Assembly (NCBI GenBank): GCA_037481775.1
Contig: JBBFKZ010000004.1
Span: 1-64,000, forward strand
Source of the DNA: Candidatus Bathyarchaeia archaeon
GTDB lineage: Archaea > Thermoproteota > Bathyarchaeia > Bathyarchaeales > Bathycorpusculaceae
Reading direction: 5' to 3'
Length of the DNA: 64,000 bases
The notes beneath the pieces were generated by a model, which searched no databases, was not told the DNA's origin, and saw only the letters and a program-made list of their open reading frames with translations. Position 1 is the stretch's first letter. The number at the start of each line of letters is the position of its first letter. Positions 1 through 9,297 of the stretch are shown here, in pieces. Made by a program: the position numbers and the translations under genes.

Positions 1-247
1 CATCAGCTTTTGCTCTGTATGAAACTGATGCTAAAATGAAGGCGACTGTGCTGGAGCCCAATTTTTCTGGAGCCAGAATTGCTCTATATTCGCGTATGAT
101 GCCGAGTTCTTCTAAGCGTTTCGTTTTGGCAAAGACGGTGGTTATTGGCGCGTTTACCCTTTGCGCGATTTGCCTAGCGGTGAATTTACTGTTTTCTTGT
201 ATCAGCGCTAGAATAGCTACGTCTTTTTCATCCAGTTTTACGCTCAT
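1..247 (-). CDS. Lrp/AsnC family transcriptional regulator (3' end outside window)
   Basis: Not in ORF track; manual translation from ATG at 247 gives MSVKLDEKDVAILALIQENSKFTARQIAQRVNAPITTVFAKTKRLEELGIIREYRAILAPEKLG, a typical Lrp/AsnC HTH; divergent from asnA. Confidence 0.9.
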   Translation of the reverse strand, partial: MSVKLDEKDVAILALIQENSKFTARQIAQRVNAPITTVFAKTKRLEELGIIREYRAILAPEKLGSSTVAFILASVSYRAKAD

Positions 248-357
248 ATTGTAATTATTACAATAATCGAGTATAAAAGCTTGTAGTTTTTGGAAATTTT
301 ATAATATTTATCATAAAAAATTTATTATATACTGTCATATTTGTTTTTTCAACAACC

Positions 358-1365
358 ATGCAAATCGATGTGAAAAACATGGCAAGCAAACAATTCGCAA
401 TACAAGAAAAGACAGTTACTGAATTACCCAAGCCTTTAGATCAACTTTCCCAGAGCGAACTTGAAAGAAAAGCCTGCATAGGACGCATAATGACTTACAC
501 ACTTAGGAATCTCACATCACAATTTGTGGACAAAGGCTTCCAATGGCTGCTACCCGTCGCGCTTTCTCAATCCACAGATCCCTTATGGCCCGATCCTGGC
601 GCTTCAATTGAAAAGCGCATAGAAGTGGATATTTACGGAAAGACTGTCAGAACCACGGCAAGCATGATAATTCACAAGCTAATCGCCGCATCTTTGGCTT
701 ATCCGAAACTATTCATTTTATCTCCGAACATACGCATAGAGAAAGCCGAGCGGGCATACACTGGAAAGCACATCTACGAGTTCACACAGCTGGATTTTGA
801 AGTGAGAGAGGCATCATCGAAAGACGTGATGAGCATAGTTGAAGAAGTGATCTGTAACTTACTGACTAAGCTGAAGTGCGACATGAAAGATGAGTTAACC
901 GCGTTATGCAGATGTGATACGCTAATATTGCCAAAGAGACCATTCAAAGTTTACGATAGAGAAGAGTTAGAAAAGAAGTATGGTTCAAGCTGGGAAGAAG
1001 TCGTTTCAAAGGAAATCAGCGATCCAGTTTGGGTTACAAACATTCCGCGTGAATTTTACGATTTTGAGGATTTCAAAACTGGCAAATGGGACAACTATGA
1101 TCTATTTATGCCACAATTTGGCGAGGTACTCTCAGGCGCCAAAAGGGAATGGGAATACGAGAAGATACTTAAGAAAATTGAACGCGATAATGTCAACAAA
1201 AGCAACTACAGGTTGGTGTTGAAGCTGGCGAAAGAGGAAAAGCTGAAGCCAACTGCAGGCGGCGGCATCGGCATAGAACGCTTAGTGGCATGGATAAGTG
1301 GTGTCAAACACATCGCTGAAACACAACCGTTTCCAAGAGTGCCTGGAACAGTTCACGAATTATGA
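358..1365 (+). CDS. asnA: Archaeal asparagine synthetase A (AsnRS-like catalytic domain without anticodon-binding domain)
   Basis: Class II aaRS motifs SPNIRIE..HIYEFTQLDFE and PTAGGGIGIERLV, PFPR; 335 aa, no OB domain. Confidence 0.85.
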   Translation: MQIDVKNMASKQFAIQEKTVTELPKPLDQLSQSELERKACIGRIMTYTLRNLTSQFVDKGFQWLLPVALSQSTDPLWPDPGASIEKRIEVDIYGKTVRTTASMIIHKLIAASLAYPKLFILSPNIRIEKAERAYTGKHIYEFTQLDFEVREASSKDVMSIVEEVICNLLTKLKCDMKDELTALCRCDTLILPKRPFKVYDREELEKKYGSSWEEVVSKEISDPVWVTNIPREFYDFEDFKTGKWDNYDLFMPQFGEVLSGAKREWEYEKILKKIERDNVNKSNYRLVLKLAKEEKLKPTAGGGIGIERLVAWISGVKHIAETQPFPRVPGTVHEL

Positions 1366-1382
1366 GAGCTAAGTGATGGATA

Positions 1383-3263
1383 ATGAATGGGTATCTCGAG
1401 GCATTACAACCAAAAATGAGCGAAGTTGACTTTCAGAAGCTAGCTGCAATACCCCACATTAAGGTTCACGAGTTCATTGCGAAAGCCAGTGACCTTTGCA
1501 ACTGCGAAAAAATTTTCATCTGCAACGATTCCCCTGAGGATATAGCGTACATTCGGCAGCAAGCAATCGCTACTGGTGAAGAAAAAGTTCTGGCGATGCC
1601 TGGTCACACAGTCCACTTTGACGGCATACATGATCAGGGACGCGACCGAGAAGCCACCAAGTATCTTGTGCCTAAAGGCGTAACTCTTAGTAAAGCCCTT
1701 AACCAGATTGATCGCCAAGAGGGTTTAGCCGAGGTAAAAAGCCTACTCAGAGACTCAATGACTGGACGCACAATGATTGTCCGCTTCATTTCTTTAGGGC
1801 CTCCTCACTCCATATTCACGGTTTTAGGTTTACAGTGCACCGACTCTTGGTATGTGGCGCACTCTGAAAGTTTACTGTACAGACCGGGATACGAGGTTTT
1901 CCGCAACGCAGATCCTAGTCAAGAAATCCTGCGTGTCCTCCATTCTGCTGGAAAACTGGACAAAAACATGGTTAGCGCGGAGCATGAGAAAAAGAGAATT
2001 TACATTGACCACATGGATAACACAATCTACAGCGTCAACACGCAGTATGCTGGCAACTCTGTAGGCTTTAAGAAACTAGCCTTCCGCCTTGCCATCCGCA
2101 AAGCAGACAGAGAAGGCTGGCTAGCCGAGCACATGATGATCATGGGCGTGCATGGTCCAGGAGGCCGCAAAACCTACTTCTCTGGCGCGTTCCCCAGCGC
2201 CTGCGGCAAAACTTCCACGGCGATGCTGTCGGGCGAAACCATAGTAGGCGACGATATTGCCTATTTGCGAGATATTGGCGGGGTAGCCCGCGCTGTGAAC
2301 GTTGAATGCGGAATCTTCGGCATCATTCAAAATATCAATTCAACAGACGACGCCTTAATCTATAAAGTGCTTACCAGCCCAGGCGAAGTTATCTTCTCTA
2401 ACGTGCTTGTTAAAGACGGCAAACCATACTGGCTAGGCATGGGTTGTGAACTACCAAAAGACGGCATCAACTTCTCTGGTGAATGGTATGAAGGCAAAAA
2501 AGATGCACAGGGCAATCCAATTCCTCCTGCCCACAAGAACGCACGCTACACCGTATCACTTAAGGCGCTGGAAAATTGTGATCCCGAATTAGATAATCCC
2601 ATGGGAGTCGAATTAGGCGGAATAATGTACGGCGGCCGCGACTCCAAAGCGTATGTTCCAGTTCAGCAAAGCTTTAGCTGGGAACATGGAATCATTGCTT
2701 ACGGTGCATCTTTGGAGACTGAAACAACCTATGCAATATTGGGACAAGAGGGCGTGCCAGAAATAAATATGATGAGCATACAAGACTTCATTTCTATTCC
2801 TTTGGGGCAGAACATTCGAAACAACTTGGAGTTTGGAAGGAAACTCAAAAAGGCACCTGCTATCTTTGGTGTTAATTATTTCCTGCGTGACAAGGATAAT
2901 GGTAAATTTTTGAATTCTCCTCAAGACAAGCATGTCTGGGTAAAATGGATGGAGCTTCGCGTCCACGGTGAAGCAGGAGCAATAAGGACGCCCACAGGCT
3001 TGCTGCCACAATATGAAGATTTGAGACGGCTCTTCAAGAAAGTGCTAGGTAAAGACTACGCAAAAGAGGACTACATCAAGCAATTCACCATTCGCGTCCC
3101 AGAAAATTTGGCCAAGATTGAGCGGGTGCAACGTTTCTACCAAGAGAACGTCTCTGATACGCCTGTAGAACTCTTTGAGATACTTGAACAGCAACGGCAG
3201 CGGCTGATTGAAGCTAGAAAACGCTTTGGCGACTACATACCGCCGGAAAGCTTTGAATGGTAG
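1383..3263 (+). CDS. pckG: Phosphoenolpyruvate carboxykinase (GTP)
   Basis: WLAEHM, AFPSACGKT, GDDIAY, YGGR motifs. Confidence 0.95.
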   Translation: MNGYLEALQPKMSEVDFQKLAAIPHIKVHEFIAKASDLCNCEKIFICNDSPEDIAYIRQQAIATGEEKVLAMPGHTVHFDGIHDQGRDREATKYLVPKGVTLSKALNQIDRQEGLAEVKSLLRDSMTGRTMIVRFISLGPPHSIFTVLGLQCTDSWYVAHSESLLYRPGYEVFRNADPSQEILRVLHSAGKLDKNMVSAEHEKKRIYIDHMDNTIYSVNTQYAGNSVGFKKLAFRLAIRKADREGWLAEHMMIMGVHGPGGRKTYFSGAFPSACGKTSTAMLSGETIVGDDIAYLRDIGGVARAVNVECGIFGIIQNINSTDDALIYKVLTSPGEVIFSNVLVKDGKPYWLGMGCELPKDGINFSGEWYEGKKDAQGNPIPPAHKNARYTVSLKALENCDPELDNPMGVELGGIMYGGRDSKAYVPVQQSFSWEHGIIAYGASLETETTYAILGQEGVPEINMMSIQDFISIPLGQNIRNNLEFGRKLKKAPAIFGVNYFLRDKDNGKFLNSPQDKHVWVKWMELRVHGEAGAIRTPTGLLPQYEDLRRLFKKVLGKDYAKEDYIKQFTIRVPENLAKIERVQRFYQENVSDTPVELFEILEQQRQRLIEARKRFGDYIPPESFEW

Positions 3264-3442
3264 AAACATCTATACAGTATGTTCAGCTTTGGTTCCGTAT
3301 GCATCTATTTTTCTTTTTGAAGTGAACCCGCGCCAGACCATTTATTGCCTAAGCAAACGAGCAAACTCGTGGTAAGGTTAAATAGTTTAGCCGAATAAAC
3401 CATAGAAAAATAGGTAATATTTGTAAAGAGGGGACGTAAAAA

Positions 3443-4327
3443 GTGAAAGTTGTTCTCGGTCCAGCCTCAGCGGCGCTTGCTGAAAAAGTTGCAGAGTTAA
3501 GCAACTGCGAGAAAGTAGTTGTCGCTTATAAGACGTTTCCAGATGGAGAAAACTACATTCGTTTGGAAGGTAACGTACAAGATGAGCATGTGGCAATTGT
3601 TCAAACTACATGTGCACCGCAGGACAGTAGGCTGATGCAGCTGGCGTTTATCGCTGCCGCGGCGAAAAGGAACAAAGCGCGGAAAGTAACCGCCGTAGTG
3701 CCCTACCTCGCGTATGCCCGTCAAGACAAAATTTTCTTGGATGGCGAAAACATAAACATCGAGACTGTGACGCAGATGCTTAAGGCGGCTGGAGTTGACG
3801 AGCTGGTTACAGTGAACATTCATGCTGAAGGCGCCTTGGATCTGTTCCCGTTTCCAGCTAAAAATTTGAGCGCCATCCCGCTGTTAGCCGAGCATTTCGC
3901 GCAGAAGGGCTACAGGAAGGCGTTTGCACTGGCACCTGACAAAGGCGCCATGTATATTGCACAACAAGCGCAGCAGGTCTTAGGCGGCGAGGCAGGGCAT
4001 CTTGAAAAGCAACGTGATCGCTACACGGGGCAGACAAGTCAAACATGTAAAGGTTTGAATGTGAAAGACAAGGTAGTCATAATCTTTGATGACATAATCA
4101 GCACAGGCGGAACAATCGTGGGCGCAGCTGAAATTCTCAGGGCGGAGGGTGCGGCGAAAATTTTTGCTGCTTGTGTACATCCGCTGCTTATAGGTGACGC
4201 TGAAAGACGCATCCTCGCTGCGGGTGTGGAAGAAATTGTGGGTACCGACAGCGTGCCCAGCCGAAACAGCAAGGTATCGCTTGCACCGTTAATCGCTAAT
4301 GCGTTGAAGGCGCTGGAAAGTGGCTAA
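3443..4327 (+). CDS. prs: Ribose-phosphate pyrophosphokinase
   Basis: FPDGE, PYLAYARQD, DDIISTGGT. Confidence 0.95.
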   Translation: MKVVLGPASAALAEKVAELSNCEKVVVAYKTFPDGENYIRLEGNVQDEHVAIVQTTCAPQDSRLMQLAFIAAAAKRNKARKVTAVVPYLAYARQDKIFLDGENINIETVTQMLKAAGVDELVTVNIHAEGALDLFPFPAKNLSAIPLLAEHFAQKGYRKAFALAPDKGAMYIAQQAQQVLGGEAGHLEKQRDRYTGQTSQTCKGLNVKDKVVIIFDDIISTGGTIVGAAEILRAEGAAKIFAACVHPLLIGDAERRILAAGVEEIVGTDSVPSRNSKVSLAPLIANALKALESG

Positions 4328-5357
4328 ACTTTTCTTTTTGCTTTCAGGCGAAAACGAGACTTTACCTGCTGCCGAGCTAAACGCTATACTAGTTTCTGAA
4401 GGTTTGAGCTTTAAGCTCACGGATAAACTCGATCAAACTGTGAGGTTAGAGTGCAATCTTGAAGGCATACAAGCGGTTCAAAGCAGGGCAGCATACACTA
4501 TGGCCAGCGCTCTTGAGCTGTTTGTGTGTGAAGCAAATGAAGAAGACATAATCGAAGCGGTTGAAGATACCAATTTTGCAGAGGTGCTTAGTGCTGGCGA
4601 GAGCTTTGCTGTGCGCATAAAACGCGTAAAAGAGTACGCATTACATGTCAGTACTGTGCCGCTTGAAGCGAAGTTGGGTAAGCATATACTTGGTAAAGTG
4701 CCCAAAGCGAAAGTCAACCTTAAAGCGCCTGATAAAACTTTCTTCGGCGTCTTAACCAGCGGCAAGCTAGTGTTCGGCGTGAAACTTGCGGAGATTAAAC
4801 CGAAAACCTTTTCGGAAAGGCGTCCACGTAAGAAGCCGTTTTTTCATCCTTCTGCGATGCAGTCGAAGTTGGCGCGGTGCATGGTTAACTTGGCGCATGC
4901 AAAAGAGGGCAAGTTGTTGCTGGATCCATTTTGCGGCACAGGAAGCATGCTGATTGAAGCTGCGTTAATAGGCTGCCGCGTTTTAGGCTTGGATGTTCAA
5001 CGCCGCATGGCGCAGGGTTGCCGAAAAAACCTCAAGCATTTCGACATAAGCCCAGAAGGCATAATTGTCACCGATGCACGAAAGTTACCTTTAACGCGAG
5101 TTGACTGCATCGCCACTGATCCGCCTTATGGAAGGTCGGCGACAACGTTGAAGTCTACTACACGGCAGATCGTTGAAGATGTTTTAAGCTCGGCGCGTTT
5201 GCTGCTACGCAAAGGGCAACGGATTTGTATAGCTTCACCGAAAACATTAAACATTGCACAGGTAGGTTTGAAGCTGGGCTATGTGCATGTGGAGTCTCAT
5301 TTCGCGTATGTTCATCGAACATTAACGCGGGAAATAGCCGTGTTCGAAGCAGCTTAA
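4320..5357 (+). CDS. tRNA (guanine(10)-N2) methyltransferase, THUMP + MTase (Trm11/Trm-G10)
   Basis: THUMP region, LDPFCGTG SAM motif, TDPPYG. Confidence 0.85.
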   Translation: MAKLFFLLSGENETLPAAELNAILVSEGLSFKLTDKLDQTVRLECNLEGIQAVQSRAAYTMASALELFVCEANEEDIIEAVEDTNFAEVLSAGESFAVRIKRVKEYALHVSTVPLEAKLGKHILGKVPKAKVNLKAPDKTFFGVLTSGKLVFGVKLAEIKPKTFSERRPRKKPFFHPSAMQSKLARCMVNLAHAKEGKLLLDPFCGTGSMLIEAALIGCRVLGLDVQRRMAQGCRKNLKHFDISPEGIIVTDARKLPLTRVDCIATDPPYGRSATTLKSTTRQIVEDVLSSARLLLRKGQRICIASPKTLNIAQVGLKLGYVHVESHFAYVHRTLTREIAVFEAA

Positions 5358-5371
5358 AGGAGTGTAATATA

Positions 5372-6295
5372 ATGAGTATGCGCGTAATCTTCTTGGGAAC
5401 CGCGGGTAGCGTCCCAACTAACGCCCGAAGCTTGCCAGCTGTGCTAATAAAGCGGCTAGATGAGCAGTTAATGTTTGATTGTGGTGAAGGCGTTCAAAGG
5501 CAGATGATAAAAGCCAAAGTGGGTTTTCATAAAAAGATGAAAATTTTCATTTCACACATGCATGGTGATCACGTTTTGGGTTTGCTTGGGCTTCTGCAGA
5601 CCATGGCTTTGATGAATAGACAACGGAAAGTTGATGTTTATGGGCCAGAGGGTTTGAAGCGTTTTTTTGAAGATGCACGTGAAGTTCTGCAGTTCTGCTT
5701 AACGTTCGACGTTGAAATCCACGAGGTTCATGATGCAGGTATTGTATGTGACGACGAAGATTATACTGTTGAAGCCACTGAAGCAAACCATGTGATTATG
5801 GGATGGGCTTATGCACTTGTGGAGAAGCCACGCCCTGGCAAATTTTATCCGGAAAAAGCCCGCGCCTTAGGCATACCTGAAGGTGAGTTATGGTCAAGGC
5901 TTCAGCATGGCGAATGTGTTAAGTTGCCAAATGGGAAAGTTGTACGCCCATCTGAGGTTATAGGTCCGCCAAGGCAAGGGCGAAAAATTGTTTACACAGG
6001 GGATACGCGGCCTTTTGATGGATTTGCAGATTTTGCAGCTAACGCGGATTTGGTGATTCATGACGCAACTTTTGATGACACGTTGGTTGATAAGGCGGAT
6101 TTAGATGGGCATTCAACGCCGAGCCAAGCGGCGCAGCAAGCAGCGAAAGCAAACGCGAAGAAGCTGGTTTTGACGCATATAAGCGCCCGATACGCTGATA
6201 CCGCTATTCTTTTGGAGCAAGCGCAGAAAATCTTCAGAGACGTGCTGGTAGCGGAAGACTTCATGGAGTTGGAGTTACCACTTCTGGACAGCTAA
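5372..6295 (+). CDS. rnz: Ribonuclease Z
   Basis: LGTAG, DCGEG, HMHGDH, exosite arm, THISARY; start moved to ATG 5372 after GGAG. Confidence 0.95.
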   Translation: MSMRVIFLGTAGSVPTNARSLPAVLIKRLDEQLMFDCGEGVQRQMIKAKVGFHKKMKIFISHMHGDHVLGLLGLLQTMALMNRQRKVDVYGPEGLKRFFEDAREVLQFCLTFDVEIHEVHDAGIVCDDEDYTVEATEANHVIMGWAYALVEKPRPGKFYPEKARALGIPEGELWSRLQHGECVKLPNGKVVRPSEVIGPPRQGRKIVYTGDTRPFDGFADFAANADLVIHDATFDDTLVDKADLDGHSTPSQAAQQAAKANAKKLVLTHISARYADTAILLEQAQKIFRDVLVAEDFMELELPLLDS

Positions 6296-7095
6296 GCTAG
6301 CAGTTTCTTCAGTTTTTGCAAGCTTTCTTTTACGTGCTCTATGGATTCAACCATCACGGCTTTATCATAGGCTATTTCACTGAGAATTCTCGCGAAGTTT
6401 TGCCAGTCTATTTTGCCGTCGCCTATCCCCAAGTGCTGGTCATTTTCGCCCATATTATCGCTGGCATGGATATGCACGATCTTATCGGGCAATTGCCTAA
6501 GGAACGGCTCTGTCTGCGCTTCGAGATTCGCGTGGCCCACGTCCAAAACGATGCCGATGTTGTTTAGTCCTGTTTCTTTATAGAATCTTTTAAAATCTTC
6601 CGGCTGCTTCATTATGAACCCGTATTTCTCAGGCAGGTTTTCCATGGCTATGTTTAAGCCATATTCTTCTGCGATCTTATGTAATTCAATTATGCTTTTA
6701 ATATTCTGATGCCAATCCTCATTTGGATAAAATGTGCTAATTCCTGTTTTGTTGCCCGGATGGAAAACCCATAGTTTAGCATCCAAAGCGTTGGCATACG
6801 CCATAGACTCTGTTAGCCGCTTAAGAGACGCTCTCAGAATAGGCTTAGAAGGAGAGGCAATATTCAAGTCGGCAAACGGCGCATGCACAGTAAATCTAAA
6901 CCCATAAGATTTTGCAACTTCCACAAGTGCATAAACCCTCTTTTTGTTAAGTGCATGAAGTCCCTCATCAAGAACTTCAACATAGCCAGTTTCAACCCTA
7001 GTTAATTGCTTAAGCATTTTACTGAACGGCTCACTTAAACAGTAAAGCATGGAAAGACCAATCTGCGGCTTAGACATGCACATCAACCTGTTCAA
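6292..7095 (-). CDS. Sugar phosphate isomerase/epimerase (xylose isomerase-like TIM barrel)
   Basis: HAP, HPG, ENLP, DVGHA, HIHASDN, HLGIGDG motifs. Confidence 0.85.
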   Translation of the reverse strand: MNRLMCMSKPQIGLSMLYCLSEPFSKMLKQLTRVETGYVEVLDEGLHALNKKRVYALVEVAKSYGFRFTVHAPFADLNIASPSKPILRASLKRLTESMAYANALDAKLWVFHPGNKTGISTFYPNEDWHQNIKSIIELHKIAEEYGLNIAMENLPEKYGFIMKQPEDFKRFYKETGLNNIGIVLDVGHANLEAQTEPFLRQLPDKIVHIHASDNMGENDQHLGIGDGKIDWQNFARILSEIAYDKAVMVESIEHVKESLQKLKKLLA

Positions 7096-7170
7096 GTTTC
7101 AAATGGAACCCTTGCGTGTCCGCGCTTAATAACTCTATTCCACCGACAGCACGATTCCGCCAAAGTATAC

Positions 7171-7216
7171 CCCCTCTATAGGTTTCTGCAATGAATGGCT
7201 AATAGCCGCCAAATAT
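7171..7216 (+). repeat. 46-bp intergenic repeat, copy 1 (inverted copy at 63949-63994)
   Basis: CCCCTCTATAGGTTTCTGCAATGAATGGCTAATAGCCGCCAAATAT, 42/46 identical to the reverse complement of 63949-63994. Confidence 0.9.
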
Positions 7217-7293
7217 GATGAAACTGGTGCTAAACGCTGTTTTAGTGATGAAAAAATATGCAAGATTTTGCTTCAAGGACTGACGTCGGCGAG

Positions 7294-7521
7294 TTATAGC
7301 AGTGCGTAGTCTGTGGTTTTGATTTTTCCTTTCAAGTCAACTACTATGGTGAATCTTTCTGCCCAAGGGTGTCCTTCCATGTCTATGGGGCATGTTCCTC
7401 TGACTACGTAGCCTTCGCTGTTTTCTTCAACCATGGCTATATCAATCTTATCTGTGTTTTTCTGTTTTTTAAGAAAATCAACCACTATCTCTGTTGCGGT
7501 TTCTTTTGTTAATTGAGGCAT
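7294..7521 (-). CDS. Small hypothetical protein (75 aa)
   Basis: Clean ORF, GAGG upstream, globular composition. Confidence 0.7.
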   Translation of the reverse strand: MPQLTKETATEIVVDFLKKQKNTDKIDIAMVEENSEGYVVRGTCPIDMEGHPWAERFTIVVDLKGKIKTTDYALL

Positions 7522-7680
7522 ATCCGCTTCTTCCTCTGAAACTTAGTCTTAGTTATCTTCGGAAGTAAACAATTAAGCGTTATGTATAGATAATTCTGAT
7601 TTCTAATTCAACGTGCTATTGTTTGTATTTGTCAATAGCTCTTAAATCACAAAGTCTATTCATTATATATTTGGGAGAGA

Positions 7681-8201
7681 ATGAGCGAAAAGAAGCGGAT
7701 AATCTTCCACACCGAAGCAAAACTTAAGTCATGGGCATAAACACCATCGGCGACTTGGCGCGTTGCGACCCGGCGGTGTTAACAGAGAGATTTGGCGTGA
7801 TGGGAACACAGATGCATTTAATGGCACACGGCATTGACCGCAGTGAAGTACAGTCGAGAGCCGAAGTGAAATCCATAAGCCATGAAACCACATTTGAAGT
7901 GGACACTGCCGATGCCGCTACGGTGCTGAGCGCTTTGGACGCGCTTTCCGCGGAAGTCTGCCGAGAAGCTCTAAATCAGAATCTCTTCTTCAAAACTGTT
8001 ACGATCAAATTGTGCTACGAGAACTTTGAAACGCATACCCGCAGTAAAACGCTGGCTTTCATGACTAACCGGTTTCAGGATTTGAAGAAGACAGCGAGAG
8101 AGTTGCTTCAACCCTTTCTGCGTAATGACAGGAAAACGCGGTTAATCGGCGTTAGAGTTTCAAACTTCGTTGAGGGAGAAAAACAAAAAACCCTTGTGTA
8201 G
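7681..8201 (+). pseudogene. dinB: DNA polymerase IV (DinB) with catalytic core deleted; thumb/little-finger part intact as ORF 7731-8201
   Basis: MSEKKRIIFH (DinB N-terminus) joined directly to TEAKLK, then a frame change into MGINTIGDLA...KSISHETTF...RLIGVRVS. Confidence 0.85.
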
Positions 8202-8272
8202 ACGGTGCACGTGTATCGTCTGTTTTCTGCTGTTAGGGCTGTGGCAATGTTTATAAGTTTAGCAGGGATGCC

Positions 8273-8467
8273 TCACTTGTTTGACTTAATTTCCATTAGG
8301 AAAACCATGTTTTTGCCCGTTTTAGATTGAGGGCGCACGGCTGATCCTAACCTTGAAATGGGACGACTCATTTGGCGATGACTTGCAGGGCATTGAATTC
8401 CGGCTGTTTTACCATCCTGTGAAACCCAAACAATGCGGCCCATTCTGGTGCATTGGGGGCATTTCAC
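8273..8467 (-). CDS. Small CxxC zinc-ribbon-like protein (may start at ATA 8488)
   Basis: KCPQC...IQCPASH; GAGGGG upstream of the ATA. Confidence 0.6.
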   Translation of the reverse strand: MKCPQCTRMGRIVWVSQDGKTAGIQCPASHRQMSRPISRLGSAVRPQSKTGKNMVFLMEIKSNK

Positions 8468-8969
8468 GTGGTCGCCTATTTTGACTATGTTCTTGTTTCC
8501 CCTCGCTTTTTGTTGTCTACGTAGGTTTTCTTTCCCGTTTTCCTTTTAATTGTGCAAGTGACACGAACTGATGATTTACATTTTCTGCAGTTTTTAACTA
8601 GCCCCGCTCTTAGAATACACAATATCGTTCACCTTTTTTATTGTTTTATTCTGAAAAGGATCAGTTATTCAGTAGGGCTTAGCCCAACGGATAAAAGAAA
8701 CTCTTCACTGAGAAGTGTGTCCACACCCTTATAAACACGTAGGTTAAAAAGAGAACTACCATAGCCTAGCGGCAATGTTTTAGTGGATAAACTGTGCTTT
8801 CGCTATAGCTACCCTAATATAGTTGGCTGCGTACCTTCTTGTAACGGTTAGAGTTCTTTAGAGAAAGAGTCAAATCGTGCCAGACGCACTTTTTGCTTTT
8901 TTCTTCAGATTATTCTAATTGGTAAATAGCTGGCGCATGAAAATGCAGCCACAGAGTTTGTGTTAAAAG

Positions 8970-9275
8970 ATGGGTAAAAGAAAAATTACAAATGAGGGAA
9001 ACCTTGAAGACATGCTGCTGCCAAGTGGAAACGACGTGTTAGGCACAGCGATTAAAATGCTGGGTGCTGAAAGAATCATGGTGAAATGCCAAGACGGCAA
9101 AGAACGGCTCTGCAGAGTTCGCGGCAAATTAAAAAGGCGGGTATGGATCAGAGAAGGCGACATTGTTCTGGTTTCCCCGTGGGATTTTCAGTCAGACCAG
9201 CGGGGCGATATCTTCTGGCGCTACAGAAAAAACCAGACTGAGTGGCTCAGAGGCCATGGTTACCTCAAAATTTGA
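8970..9275 (+). CDS. eif1a: Translation initiation factor aIF-1A, second copy
   Basis: RLCRVRGKLKRRVWIREGDIVLVSPWDFQ. Confidence 0.95.
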   Translation: MGKRKITNEGNLEDMLLPSGNDVLGTAIKMLGAERIMVKCQDGKERLCRVRGKLKRRVWIREGDIVLVSPWDFQSDQRGDIFWRYRKNQTEWLRGHGYLKI

Positions 9276-9297
9276 AGACTGAAAGGTGTGAAGAAGC

